Source of the DNA: Gracilinanus agilis
Taxonomy: Eukaryota
Assembly: GCF_016433145.1 (NCBI RefSeq)
Contig: NC_058132.1
Coordinates: 90,225,423 to 90,289,422 of the forward strand
Reading direction: 5' to 3'
Length of the DNA: 64,000 bases
Under the pieces are notes generated by a model that saw only the letters and a list, made by a program, of their open reading frames with translations, searched no databases and was not told the DNA's origin. Made by a program: the position numbers and the translations under genes. Below are positions 1 to 12,110 of this stretch, one piece after another. The stretch's first letter is position 1; every line of letters begins with the position of its first letter.

Positions 1-660
1 TGGGTTTGTACCCCAAAGAGATCATAGATAAACAGACGTGTACGAAAATATTCATAGCTGCGCTTTTTGTGGTGGCAACAAATTGGAAAAGGAGGGTATG
101 TCCTTCAATTGGGGAATGGCTGAACAAACTGTGGTATATGTGGGTGATGGAATACTATTGTGCTAAAAGGAATAATAAACTGGAGGAATTCCAGGCGAAC
201 TGGAGAGACCTCCGGGAACTGATGCAGAGCGAAAGGAGCAGAGCCAGAAGAACTCTATACACAGAGACTGATATACTGTGGTAAAATTGAATGTAATGGA
301 CCTCTGTACCAGCAGCAATATAATGACCCAGGACAATTCTGAGGGATTTATGGTAAAGACGCTACCCACATTCAGAGGAAGGACTGCAGGAGAGGAAACA
401 TATAAGAAAAACAACTGCTTGAACGCATGGGTCGGGGTGGACATGACTGAGGGTGTAGACTCGAAACTACCACACCAATGCAACTACCAACAATTTGGAA
501 ATTTGTCTTGTTCAAGGACACATGACAAAACTAGTGGAAACGCGCATCGGCCAAGGGTGGGGGAGGTGCGGGGGCGGGGGGTTGAAGGGGAAAGGTGGAG
601 CATGAATCATGTAACCATGTTAAAAATGAATATTAATAAATGTTAAAAAAAAAGAAAGAA
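1..660 (+). mobile_element. Young L1 3' end (ORF2 C-terminus, G-rich 3'UTR, A-rich tail)
   Basis: ORF 6..284 reads YPKEIIDK...CPSIGEWLNKLWY...MEYY, typical of the L1 ORF2 C-terminus. G-tracts at about 494-540, AATAAA near 635, then an A-rich tail. Confidence 0.93.
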
Positions 661-1194
661 GCAAAGGAAGTGAATGAATATTTAGAAAAGTTGAAGTTAA
701 TAGATATATGGAGAAAACTGAAGAGGAATAAAAAGGAATATACCTTTTCAGCTGTATATGGTACATATGCAAAAATTTACCTTGTACTAGGGCATAAAAA
801 TGTAACTTTTTCAGATCAAAATGCAATAAAAATTTAATCACTAAGGGTTCATGGAAAGTCATATTAAAAATGAATTGGAAACTAATTTAAAATGGGTGGG
901 TCAAAGAGCAAATAATAGAAACAATCACTGTTCATTAAAGAGAATGACAATGAGGAAACAACATGTCAAAACCAAAGGGATATATATCCAAAGCAGTAAG
1001 CAGTACTCAGGTGCCAATTTATATCCCTGAATGTTTATATCAATAAAATAGAGAAAAGGCAGATCAATGAATTGGACTTGCACTTGGAAAAATAGAAAAA
1101 GAACTAATTAAAGGTCTCAAATTAAAGGCTAAATTAGAAATCCTAAAACTCAAAAGAGATATTAATAAAATTGAAAGTAAAGGAAGTTTTGAAC

Positions 1195-2275
1195 TGTGAA
1201 AAGCCTGCTTTTTGCCAGGCTGAACTCTTGAAAGGTGGGAACAGTGTGACCTACACAAATGAAAAACAGCCAGATAGCCTGTGAAGTTGCAGAGGCTGTT
1301 CTTTGATGCTATCTGCTGATCTTTATTTTTATACCTTTTTTCTTATGATCTCACACAGAGTTCAGCATGATTTTCCCATACATTTTTTTCTTAAAGATAA
1401 TGAATTAAGTCACACAGTAACTCTTACTATATTGTAATATCATATGGTTGACATTTTCTAATTATCCTACTAAAATTAAACAAAGAAGCAAGTCTGTCAA
1501 GAATTATTCATTATAGAATGGCTTAGTTGGAACTTATTATTTTCAGTCATCCTTAAGGCACAGAACATCATATCCTAGCCAAACATAATAGTTAACTATA
1601 TTTTTAACTAATTAAATCAAGTATGATCTTACTTTATCCTATTCAGACATACAATTAATCAAGAAGATTGTTACGCTAGCAGATTATACAAGTACATAAA
1701 AAAAGATACAATAATATCAACTTGGTCCAAATATTATTTCAATTACAGTTTTTCATTTTTCACCATTTTTCAAAGGTAAGTTTACTGTTCTTTATGCTAT
1801 AGGGTTAATAAGAATGGAGTTATGGAACGGTGACTTTGTGCTAATTTATCATTCCCCTGTTTTCCTTGTAACATTCTGCTTCCTTGTTCAGTGGGAGTTT
1901 GGGAGCAAATTCAGGCCAAGTACATTTTTGCTGGGGATTTTAGAAGCTTTAATATTAACTCATTTTTTGCTGGTTTGTTGTAGGAATTATTTCAGGGGAT
2001 GTTTCTGTATTATAACATATAAATGCGGGGTTTACTTAGGGGTTTTTGAGGGGTCTGTGCATGGCTTTACCATTAGTCTGTATTGTTTTTCTGTGTTTCC
2101 CTGGGGCTGAGTAAGGCTACTAATTACAATAATTCTAGTAAAAGGGAATGTTAGAGAGAAAAGAGTCACATAGGGGAAACTGAGTGGAATTACCATCCTT
2201 CTGTCATCTGCTATTCAGGGTCCATAACTTGTACAGGCTGTGCCAATTGTCACGAGTTTTCATGCTTCCCGTGCT
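1195..2275 (-). mobile_element. LTR-like insertion of about 1.08 kb inside the old L1
   Basis: L1 sequence breaks at ...TTTTGAAC and resumes at GAACTAATAAATAAG (TGAAC duplicated). The minus strand ends ...TTTTCACA and has a TATAAAAATAAAG motif near 1320-1333. The other terminus is not a clean TG. Confidence 0.5.
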
Positions 2276-3478
2276 GAACTAATAAATAAGATTAGAAGTT
2301 GGTTCTATTTAAAAAAGCACAAATAAAATAGAACATTGTGCAATTTAATTTAAGAAAAGAAAGAAGAGAATAAAATAACCAGTATCAAAAATGAAAGGGG
2401 TGAATTCACCACCAATAAAGAGGAAATTAAAGCAATCATTAGGAGCTATTTTATCCAATTATATGACAATTAATCTGACAAATTTGCTTAACTGAATGAG
2501 TATTTACAAAAATTGCCTAAGATAACAAAAAAAGAAAATTACCTAGAATAACAAAAGAGAAAATAGAATACTTAAATGATACCATCTCAGAAAAAGAAAG
2601 TTAATAAGCCATCAATGAACTCCCTAAAAAAAAAACCCAGGGCCAAATAGATTCACAAGTGAATTCTATCAGACACTTAAAAAAACAATTACTCCCAATA
2701 TCATAGAAATTTTTTGGCAAAATAAACAAAGAAGGAGTCCTACCAAATTCTTTTCATGACACAACTATGGTGCTGATACCCAAGCCAGGAAGACCAGAAA
2801 CAGAAAAGGACAATTATAGACCAATTTCTTTAATGAGCATCAATGCAAAAGTTTTAAATAAAATATTAGCAAAGAGACTACAGCAACATATCACAAGGAT
2901 TATTCACAGTGACCAGGAAGGATTAATTCCAGGAATGCAAGTCTGAATATTAGGAAAACTATCATCATAACTGACCATATCAATAATCAAACTGACAGAA
3001 ACCATGATTATCTCAATGGATGCAAAAGAGCCTTCAACAAAGTCCAATACCCATTCCTGTTAAAAACACTAAAAATCATAGGAATAAAAAGATCTTTCCT
3101 TAAAATCATAAGTATATCTATCTAAAAATCAGCAAATATCATCTTCAACAGGGAAAAGTTAGAAGTTTTCCCAAGAAAATTGGGAGTGAAGTAAGGATCA
3201 CCATTATCTAGCTTTAGCAATAAGAGAAGGAAAAAGGAATTGAAGGAGTTATAGTAGGCAATGAGGAAACTAAAGTATCACTCTTTATAGAATATATGAT
3301 GATATACTTAGAGAATCCTAGGGAATCAACTAAAGCACTGATTGAAATGATTAATAACTCTAGTAAAGTTGCAGTCTACAAAATAAAACCATATTATAAA
3401 ATCAGGATTACTATATATTTCCAGCAAAACTCAATATCAAGAGTTATAAAGAGAAATTCCATTAAAATCACTCCAGAC

Positions 3479-3682
3479 CAGTGATGGGCAAACTACAGGC
3501 CAGATTTGGGGTGGGGGGACCTGAAATGTTCTATCTGACTGCCAGAGATTATTCTTAATCTGACGAATACAATGAATAGGATACAATACAATGAAACTTC
3601 AAAAGAGTTGCCTTAGAAACAGACTGACAGATGATAATTTCCTTTCCTTTGGCCCCCTCTTTAAAAAGTTTGCCCATCACTG
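3479..3682. mobile_element. hAT MITE, 204 bp, TIR CAGTGATGGGCAAACT
   Basis: Perfect 16-bp TIRs. 8-bp TSD CTCCAGAC (3471-3478) / CTCTAGAC (3683-3690). Confidence 0.95.
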
Positions 3683-4078
3683 CTCTAGACAATATAAAAT
3701 ACTTGGGAATCTATTCACCAGGACAAACACAGGAATTATATGAGCCCAATCATGAAATAATTTTCACACTAATAAAGTTAGATCTAAATAACTGGAAAAA
3801 AAACATTAATTGTTCATAGGTAGGCTGAGCTAATATAATAATATTGGCAAACTTACCTAAAATAATTTACTTATTTAATGTCATACCAATAAAAATATTA
3901 AAGAACTGTTTTAAGAAAAAGAAAAATAATTTTAAAAATATGTATCCGAAAGAACAACAAAAAAGGAGTATCAAGGGAACTAATGGAAAAAAACTGAAAG
4001 ATGGTAGACTAGCAGTACCAGATCTTAAACAGTACAATAAAGTAGTAATCATCAAAAACAATCTCATACTGGCTAAGA

Positions 4079-4137
4079 CAGTGATGGGCAAACTATTCCC
4101 TGAGGGCCAGATCCAAGCTGAAGTTTGCCCATCACTC
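4079..4137. mobile_element. Minimal 59-bp hAT MITE of the same TIR family
   Basis: CAGTGATGGGCAAACT...AGTTTGCCCATCACTC with perfect 8-bp TSD GGCTAAGA (4071-4078, 4138-4145). L1 sequence is continuous once it is removed. Confidence 0.92.
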
Positions 4138-4209
4138 GGCTAAGAAATAGAACAATGGAATAGACGAGGGGTAAATGACCTCAGCAATCTAGTGTTTAAT
4201 AAATGCAAA

Positions 4210-5062
4210 TGTAAGATTTAAATTAATATCTAATTACTCCTAGTATTAAATTTTATAAAGTTTATAAATAATCACTTAAAGTAGAAAGAAAATAAACTAA
4301 AAGAAATAGAAATTCAAACCAAATTATCTATCAAAAAGTAAACCCGCTTGTGTAGATTCTCCTGGCTGACATAAAGCCTGCTTTCCCAGTCACAATCAGG
4401 GGGAAAGAGAGCAAGAGGGTGGAGCTACACAAAATGTATATCCTCCCTATGTTAACACATAGGGAACATGAGAGGGAACATGAAAAGCAGGGATTTAGAG
4501 TTCTGGGGAGCAAATCCTAATTACACAATCCCCCCTGTGATTCAGTTGGAAAGCGGGCATGTAGAAATCTCCCCAGATTTACATGCCTAGTTTCCCCAAC
4601 GAATCAGTACACATAAACAACTTATATCTCTAAAGATTTTAACTAGAGGTACATACATAAACAACTTATATCTCTAAAGATTTTAACTAGAGGTACATAC
4701 ACTATTGCAGTTTCTAAGGGGAAATTATAATAATTTGGGGATAAGAGGGAAAGGAAAGAGAAAGAAAACAAAACCAATGATTTCTAGGCGTATTGACAAA
4801 AAATAATTAGGGGGCAGTCTCCTTTGACATAAGAGTTTACATTCAAAATAAATGCATTCAATCCCCCATAATTCAATTTCACTACATCCCAAAGTTCATT
4901 CTGGATCTTTCAGTGCTGTGTGTGATTTCTGCAGGCTTTTTTATTGTGCCTTCTCCAAACAATTCACTTTCTTGATTCAAGGAGGTAGCAAGTTTCTTAT
5001 CCTAAAATTACTCTCAAACAAGAAAATTTTTTACAAATCTAGAATTTTATGATAATTATACA
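4210..5062 (-). mobile_element. Composite ERV/LTR element, short copy (853 bp)
   Basis: TG...CA termini, CAAA/CAAG flanks, interrupts L1 ORF2. Internal polypurine tract (4528-4537) abuts a second TGTGTAATTAG LTR start at 4527. Homologous to 45393-47107. Confidence 0.85.
4611..4698. repeat. Perfect 44-bp tandem duplication inside the LTR element
   Basis: ACATAAACAACTTATATCTCTAAAGATTTTAACTAGAGGTACAT twice; single in the homologous copy near 45765-45812. Confidence 0.95.
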
Positions 5063-6494
5063 CAAGAATTCCAGCTTTTGAGGATAAGAACCCACTATTT
5101 GACAAAAACTGTTAGGAAAATTGGAAAACAATATGGCAAAAATTAGGATTAGTTCAATAACTCACACTCTACATACCAAGATAAGGTCAAAATGGGTATA
5201 TGATTTAAATATAAAGAATGATATTATAAGTAAATTAGGGGAACATAGAATACTTTACCTGGAAGATCTATGGAGAAAGGAAGAATTTATGACAGAACAA
5301 GAGATAGAGAACACTACAAGATGTAAAATGAATATTTTTTATTATATTAAGTTTCAAAGGTTTTCTACAAAGGAAACCAAGATTAGAAGGGAAATAATAA
5401 AATGGGAACAAATTTTAATAACAAAATTGTTTGGTAAAGGTTTTATTTCTCAAATATGTAAAGAACAAAGTCAAACTTATAATATGTCATTCCCCAATTA
5501 ACAGATGGCCAAAAATATGAATAGGCAGTTTTCAGATGAAGAAACCAAATAATCAATAATCATGAGAAAAAACATTCTAAATCCCTTTTGATTAGAGAAA
5601 TGCAAATTAAAACAACTATAAGGTACCACTTCACACCTTTCAGTTTGGCCAGTGTGGCAGTAAAGGAAAATGATAAATGTTGGGGAAGATGTGGCAAAAT
5701 TGGAACTCTAATGCATTGCTGATGGAGTTGGGAACTGATCCAACTATTCTACTGGGCAATTTGCAACTGTGCTCAAAGGGCTATAAAAACAATGCATACC
5801 CTTTGATCCAGTAATAATACTACTAGGTCTGTATCCCAAAGAGTTACCTGCTTATACAAAAATATTTATAGCTCCTCTTTTTGTGGTAGCAAAGAATGGG
5901 AAATCAAAGATATTTCTCAATTGGGGAATGGCTAAACAAATTGTGATATATGATGTTGATAGAAAACTATTGTGCTATAAGGAATGAGGAACAGGATAAT
6001 TTCAGAAAAAATTGGAAAGACCTAAATGAACTGATGCAGAGTAAAATTAGCAGTACCAGGAAAACACTGTATACAGTAACAGCAATATTGTAGAATGATT
6101 AAATGTGATAGACTTAGCTACTATTAGCAAATCAATGATCCAAAACAATTCTAAGGGACTTTTGAAAAATAATGCTATCTACCTTCAGAGAAAGAACTGT
6201 TGGCATAGGATTGAAAATGAAAGCATAAGATTTTTCACTTTTTCTTTGGAAATGTGCTTTGGAGTTTTGGTTTTGTAAGATTATTCACTTACAAAAATGA
6301 ACACTATGGAAATATGTTTTGTATGATAATACATGTATAACCCAGATTGAATTGTTTGCCAGCTCTGGGAGGGGGGAAGAAAGAAGGAAGGGAGTCAATT
6401 TGGATCATATATCTTTGGAAAACTTATGTGGAAATTTATCACATGTAATTGATAAAAGAAAAAATAAAATTAAAAATGAATTTAAAAAATAATT

Positions 6495-6665
6495 AAAGCT
6501 GTCCTAAAATAGAATGAGTTGCCTAATGATAGAATGGATTCCCCATCAGTGAAAGGCAGGTGGAGATTGGATCTCATGGTTGTTGTAGGGGTAATTCTTG
6601 CTGAAATGTAGATTTGATGAGTTAGCCCCAAAGTTACAATCCAACTGTGAAATGCGGTGATATGA
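6495..6665 (+). mobile_element. CR1/L3-type 3' fragment (many similar fragments elsewhere, e.g. 13150-13300, 19040-19240, 22660-22800, 27290-27450)
   Basis: Degenerate match to the recalled CR1/L3 3' end (AATGGGCTGCCT...TTCCCCATCACTGGA...CCTTCCAACTCTGAG). Confidence 0.6.
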
Positions 6666-7519
6666 AAACATTCTATTCACACTTAAAAGTTTCATTTCTG
6701 AGGCAATTTCCTGAAATATTTAAAGACCCATGCCTTCTGTCCTCCACATGAATAGCTATATAGAAAAGAAAAAGGAAAAAAGTCACGCAATAAGTCACCA
6801 GAGAATATCCTTCCAGGGACAGAGAGACTTAAAATGTGACAAATTCACAGAGTTCTCCCATAGGAACAGATCTCTCCATTTGCTACTTCATTAGGCTTAA
6901 AAATCCTGGTTCCATATAAATAATCTTCCAACAAATAGCCAGTACTACTCCTCCAAGTTATTTTCCTACTTGGATTGGCCAATTCTTAATCTTTTTTCTA
7001 GAGTCTTCCAAAATAAGGAGCTATATTCAGATGCAGCCCTGCAAATTTAATTGTTTGTCCTATAATATTTCAGATGAACTCTTATCACACCAAAAGAAAT
7101 TTAAATTAGATACAAGAAAACATTTCTTGGCAGTAAAGGTTGAGATACTAGCCTCTTACATGTTCAGTCACTTCTAAATTATTCATAGGTTCCTTTACTT
7201 TCCAAAAAATCTATAGGTAAGTAATCAGTCCTCTTATCTGCTAATATCCTATAATTTTAAGATTCTTTCATGTATCGAGCTTTTATTATTAATGTATATT
7301 GATGAATGTGTTGCTGATTAATACATAAATGAGATAAAATATTTATCTTAAGAAAATCTGTCAAGTTTTGACTGATTCTTAAACCATTTCCCTATATCTC
7401 ATCTTCATACCCTTATCATTAACAGATAAAACCCTTTTCCTGGTCCTTATTCCCTTGTCTCTGCATGGGTTTTGTAAATACAGAAACTTCCTTGTGGTGA
7501 TTTAGAAGTGGTGAGAGCT

Positions 7520-7652
7520 ACATCATGCAGTGGATAATGTGATGGGGATACAATTAGCACTTAACTTTTCAGGGTTGTTGTGAAGATCAAATGAGATAAT
7601 ATTGAGAAAGCACCTAGAATAATGACCGGTAAATAGTATTATATAAAACCTA

Positions 7653-7708
<56 letters not shown>

Positions 7709-7709
7709 G
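7520..7709 (+). mobile_element. CORE-SINE (MIR-like) 3' part with (ATT)n tail
   Basis: AGGGTTGTTGTGAAGATCAAATGAGATAAT core motif; (ATT)n at about 7655-7709. Confidence 0.75.
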
Positions 7710-8552
7710 TGGCAGGAAAAGACTAGTAAAGAGGATAAACTATTAAAGAAAATTCTACTCTCAGTCTGGTCTTGCCTGAGATCCATTTTCTAACTCAAGT
7801 ATAAACCTCATTTCTGGAGTTCTATCACATCTTTTTTTTATTTTTAGTTTGGTCATGCTGGACAATATTTGTAATTGATCAGGAAATGATTATTATGCTC
7901 TCAAGAAACTCTTATTTGTCTTGGTCCCAGGAGAGAGAAATAAAAAATTCTTGAGGTCATAAGTCAAGAGGGGTTGATTTCTAAATCAGAGTTAATTTCA
8001 ATCAGAGGCCGAAATCTAAAGATATCAATTTCTTTACCCTGGTCACAAATGTAGTATGAGTCAGAAGTAGAATCTGGACCCAGATCACCTGACCTCTTTT
8101 TACTCTACCATGCTTCCTCTGAAGTTATGAGATAATATTTACAAGAGTTTAATTCAGTTTCTGATATATCGTAGACACTTAATAATTACTTATTCCTTCC
8201 ACTTCCAATTTTTATTGGTAGAAGAAATTTTTTACATAATATTCCACATACTGTTGAAATCTCAATATAAAAAATAATATGTAAAATCTTCACTAAAATT
8301 TTGATTGACATCTAATTACCTTTTTCCTCACAACCACTCTATGACAGCAATAATCTAAGGAAGAGTTTCCTAACAATTAGAACTGCTAAAAATGGAATGG
8401 GATATCCTCTCCTTTGCTTTGGAGTGAACACTGCACTGCTATCAATAGTCTCAGTATCATAGAATCAAAAGAATGGAAAAGTCCTTGGATGCATCATCAA
8501 ATTCAATATTCTATAAAGCATCTCTTGCCATATAAATTGTCTGAAACTAAAG

Positions 8553-8730
8553 CAGCAGTTCTCAAAGAATGGTCAGGGAACCCTAGCAATTGCTGAGATC
8601 CTTTCAGGGAGGGTCAATGATATCAAATATATTTTTATAATAATAAACATTTTAAGTTCTAATGAGGTAAATATTGATAGAAATAACACAAAAAGCAAAG
8701 CTCTTAAGGGTGTCCTCAATAATTTTTAAG
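8553..8730. mobile_element. Old hAT-Charlie MITE fragment
   Basis: Starts CAGCAGTTCTCAAAG...CCTTTCAGGGAGGGTC, like Charlie/MER5-type ends. Right TIR not found. Confidence 0.5.
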
Positions 8731-8859
8731 ACTACAAATCAGACTCTAAAGCTATTTGTTTTAATTAATTAATTCTAGATTATATTTCTAATTAAAAACT
8801 ATTATAATTAAATAGGCCCACTTTTTTTTAACAACTCCCTCAGAATGTGTAAACTCAAA

Positions 8860-8905
8860 TAAATATTATCCTTTGGAATTGCCCCTTTGGAATGACTGGC
8901 ATAGT
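8860..8905 (+). promoter_or_regulatory. Possible promoter remnant of OR 1 with degenerate O/E-like sites
   Basis: CCTTTGGAATTGCCCCTTTGGAATGAC resembles CCATTGGATAAAGGCTTCCCTTGGGAAAATGAC in the OR 3 promoter. No clear TATA. Confidence 0.3.
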
Positions 8906-8959
8906 GAAAAAAAATTTCTTTTGAGGTCACAGAAAATACAAAATTTCAATCATGCCTCC

Positions 8960-9150
8960 TTCACTTATTAGTTGTGAGGTCACAGTCAAGTCATTTAGCA
9001 TCCTGAGCCTAAGTTTCTTCTTCTGTAAAATGGAGTCAAGAAATCCACAGTACTTATCCAATAAGATTACTTTGAGGATCAAATGGCATAAGACATGTGA
9101 AGGACTTTACAAATGTTAGAAAACCATATAAATATGAATTATTATTGTTA
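8960..9150 (+). mobile_element. CORE-SINE (MIR-like)
   Basis: AAGTCATTTAGCATCCTGAGCCTAAGTTTCTTCTTCTGTAAAATGG core and an AT-rich tail. Confidence 0.75.
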
Positions 9151-9461
9151 TTTTGTGGCAATGGAACATAAGGTATCTGAGGCTAACTTTGGAGTTATGA
9201 ATCTCTGCATCTGACACTCCACGACTGTGTGGACACAGGAAAACTTCTTAGACTCTTTGTAATTCCAGATATTTCTCTAAAACTATACTTATTGAGAAGA
9301 TGCCAATATTAATAGGTGAAGTAAATTTGAACCATCAGTTCCTTCCACCCATCAATTAAATTGAAAGTTCAGATACAAACATTTTTATCAATGTCATTAC
9401 CATCAGTTTTATTTACTTAATCTTTTGTTCATCCACTTATTTATCTGTTTGTTTATTTCAG

Positions 9462-9592
9462 TGATGATACCATTATTCAACCCATTTTGGAACCTGCTCT
9501 CCAATTCTGAAGCAAATTTACTTATATGTCATGAAAGGTGACAAAATTCTAATATGTGACCTTGTGAAATGGTCAAAATCCTGCTGAATAAG
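9462..9592 (+). other. Predicted 131-nt 5'UTR exon of OR 1
   Basis: Long pyrimidine tract plus TTTCAG acceptor (AG 9460-9461) and consensus donor AAG|GTGAGT (GT 9593-9594). Confidence 0.5.
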
Positions 9593-10519
9593 GTGAGTGG
9601 TGAGTATGGAGAACATCTTTTAATAGTCAATAAGAAGATCTGACAACAAAGTAACATTTTATTTTGTGTCTCATATTTAAAGTAAGAAGGTTATCATTAG
9701 TTATCTTATTTGCTAGAGTAATGGTGGTTTCATTGGATTATTAAATAGAATGCCTAAAAAGAGGACATTCACTTGGTTGCTGTTTTGAGACGTTTCAAAC
9801 AAAATCTTTTGTATTCATTCGTAGTATTATATACTTCATACATTGAATAACATACTTCAAACATTGAATAGTCTCTTGGGACATGTTAAATATTAGAAAT
9901 ATTAATAAAAATAATAATACATGTACATATACAATACTAAATGTGTTTATATAAACATGTTATAAATATGTATATACATATATCAACATAAACCTATAGA
10001 CCTTACTAATATAAGAAGAGAAAAATGGATAAAGAGTCCAAAAGGTAGAGAAAGAAAGAGAGAAAATGAAAGAAAGGGAAGGAGAGAAGTAGAAAGAAGG
10101 ACAAGGAGAAGAGTCAAAATTTATTACAGCTTTTAGAACCAACCTTTTAACCTTTCAGCAAATCATGTCTGTTGTTATTTGTAAAATCTCATCATGCTAC
10201 ATGGACACTCACATGGTTGTTTTAAATAACTATGAAATATCATCTAAATTCAGGAATTATGATTTTTATTATTTTGCTTACTGAGCTGAATGTATTTAAC
10301 TTTTCGGATCTTTCTCATAATTAGTATAAATTAAAAGAATGGATATCTTTGATACTTCTGAGGAATATGATAGTAAGGGTATATAATTTTCTTCCTTTGG
10401 AGGATGGAGAAATTAAAATCTATGGAGCTGATTCTCCTTCCATTGAATAAATCTTTGATATTTAGCAAAGCCATTTCTGCCTCTTCTTTGTCACTTTTAT
10501 TCAAGATAATATAAGAAAA

Positions 10520-10955
10520 TATTAATTAATCAACAATTATTTCTAAAATGCCTACAATGTTTCAGACACTGTGCTAGGCACTGGGGACATAAGTAAAATG
10601 AATGAAATCATCCCTACTTGTTTATGTTCTATTAGCGAGACATGAATTAAGTACACACACATATAAAAAATGTATATTTGTAAATATAGACAGTGTAAAT
10701 ATAAATCTCATAAATATGAATATATACTAGTTAAATTCAAAGTAGTATGAGAAGAGAGCATTATCAGTTGTGAAAATCAGGAAGGGCTTCTTATGAAGGA
10801 AGGTGCCAGAGAAACATCTCACAAGGAGATATTCTTTAAGGTAGAGCTAAGGAGAGATTTGTTCCAAGTTTGGAAGATGGCCAATGCAAAGGCATGGAGA
10901 TGGGAGGTGAAATACTGTGTGTAAAGAACAAAGAGGAGATCCAGAGTGATGGTGA
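10520..10955 (-). mobile_element. L2 3' fragment
   Basis: Reverse L2 end motifs (GTGCTAGGCACTGGGGA; CAAAGGCATGGAGATGGGAG). Confidence 0.75.
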
Positions 10956-11454
10956 TAATGATGACACCTGGAATTCATACAGCTTCTACCAGCACATCAC
11001 CCATAATCTTGTGTGTTGCTTCTTTTAGTTTTTCAGATGAGTCAAAATTCATAAAGGTGAGATACTTTATCCAAAAATAGAGAGCTGTCAAGAGGCAAAA
11101 AATGCAACCAACCTGACTCCTCCAGAAAAACCATATTTCTCCATAGTCGGGAATTAAGTTTCCTACCTCAACAAATGGTACCTTAACCAACCTTTGTAGG
11201 AAATTCACCCAATATTTAGGACCAAGGAATACCATTCCAGGGGGCAAGGTGGACTGAAACTCTCCAGGATATATTCTTGGATCATGTTTCTTCCAAAGAG
11301 GAGGGGTATACCACAGCAAGCTAGATAAAAGAAGCAAATTTCTCATCCTCTTTGTGTGCCACTGGATCACAATTCCTGGGAAATAAATCAATCCCTGCTC
11401 TTGTCTAAAGCACAATTAGTGAAAATTAATACTACAGCATATGGCAGGGGAAAA

Positions 11455-11670
11455 GAAATAAAATTCATATGAATAATAATACCTGATAGGAAGCAATTTT
11501 TTATTTCTTCCTTTGTGCCAGGCACTTCTCTAAGTTCTAACTTCTCAGACAAATGAATAAATGAGTTAAATGTCTTGCCCAGGGTCACACATCTAGTAGA
11601 TGTCTGAATCCATATTTCAACTAAGAACTTCCTGACTCAAATCCCACTGATCTATCTACTGTACCACCAC
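11455..11670 (-). mobile_element. CORE-SINE
   Basis: TCTTGCCCAGGGTCACACATCTAGTAG...CTTCCTGACTC, a reverse-strand SINE core. Confidence 0.7.
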
Positions 11671-11811
11671 ACTGCCTTTAAGAATAGTACTTTTTAAAAA
11701 TTATCAAGAAACAGCTAGATGCAAGGTACTATATAAGATAGAGGAGGTGCTACTAGGAAGAGTAAGAAATAGCCCAGGGAATTAACTGAGGGAATTTATA
11801 CTCCACTTATT

Positions 11812-12035
11812 TTGTTGTTCAGTCATTCAGTCATGTCTGAACCCTTGTGACTCTTCATGAGGATTTCTTGGCAAAGATACTGGAATGGTTTTCCATTTCC
11901 TCCTCCAGGATGACCTTTGGTCAGAACCCCTCATTAGGACCTGTCCATCTTGAGTAACACTGCATGGTAGAGCTGACAGTTTAAACGAGCTATACAATCC
12001 CCTCTGTCACAACAAGGCAGTGATTCAGGAAGAGT
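11812..12035 (-). mobile_element. BovB/RTE-derived BovA-like monomer
   Basis: Minus strand has a BovB-like 5' segment (CAAGATGGACAGGTC...TCTGACCAAAGG) running through GGAGGAAATGGAAAACCATTCCAGTATCTTTGCC into the RTE tail (GACATGACTGAATGACTGAACAAC). Confidence 0.7.
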
Positions 12036-12110
12036 ATAATCTAGTTAACATAAATATTTCATTTCAGGATATTAACTTCTCCTAAAGAAAACATTCATCT
12101 TCACCCCATC

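Larger units (their letters stand above)
661..6490 (+). mobile_element. Older, degenerate L1 (ORF2 from endonuclease region to 3'UTR) carrying four nested insertions
   Basis: Collinear ORF2 fragments (LIDIWRKL, MIIYLENPRES, NIKYLGI, HTLHTKIRSKWV), a marsupial L1 3'UTR and an A-rich end near 6460-6490. Many stops and frameshifts. Confidence 0.9.

Noticed and set aside
494-540. G-quadruplex-prone tract
   Set aside because: A standard feature of L1 3'UTRs.
4611-4698. Direct repeats of 44 bp (and 28 bp at 55098-55153) as a CRISPR-like array
   Set aside because: Only two abutting units, no spacers, eukaryotic context.
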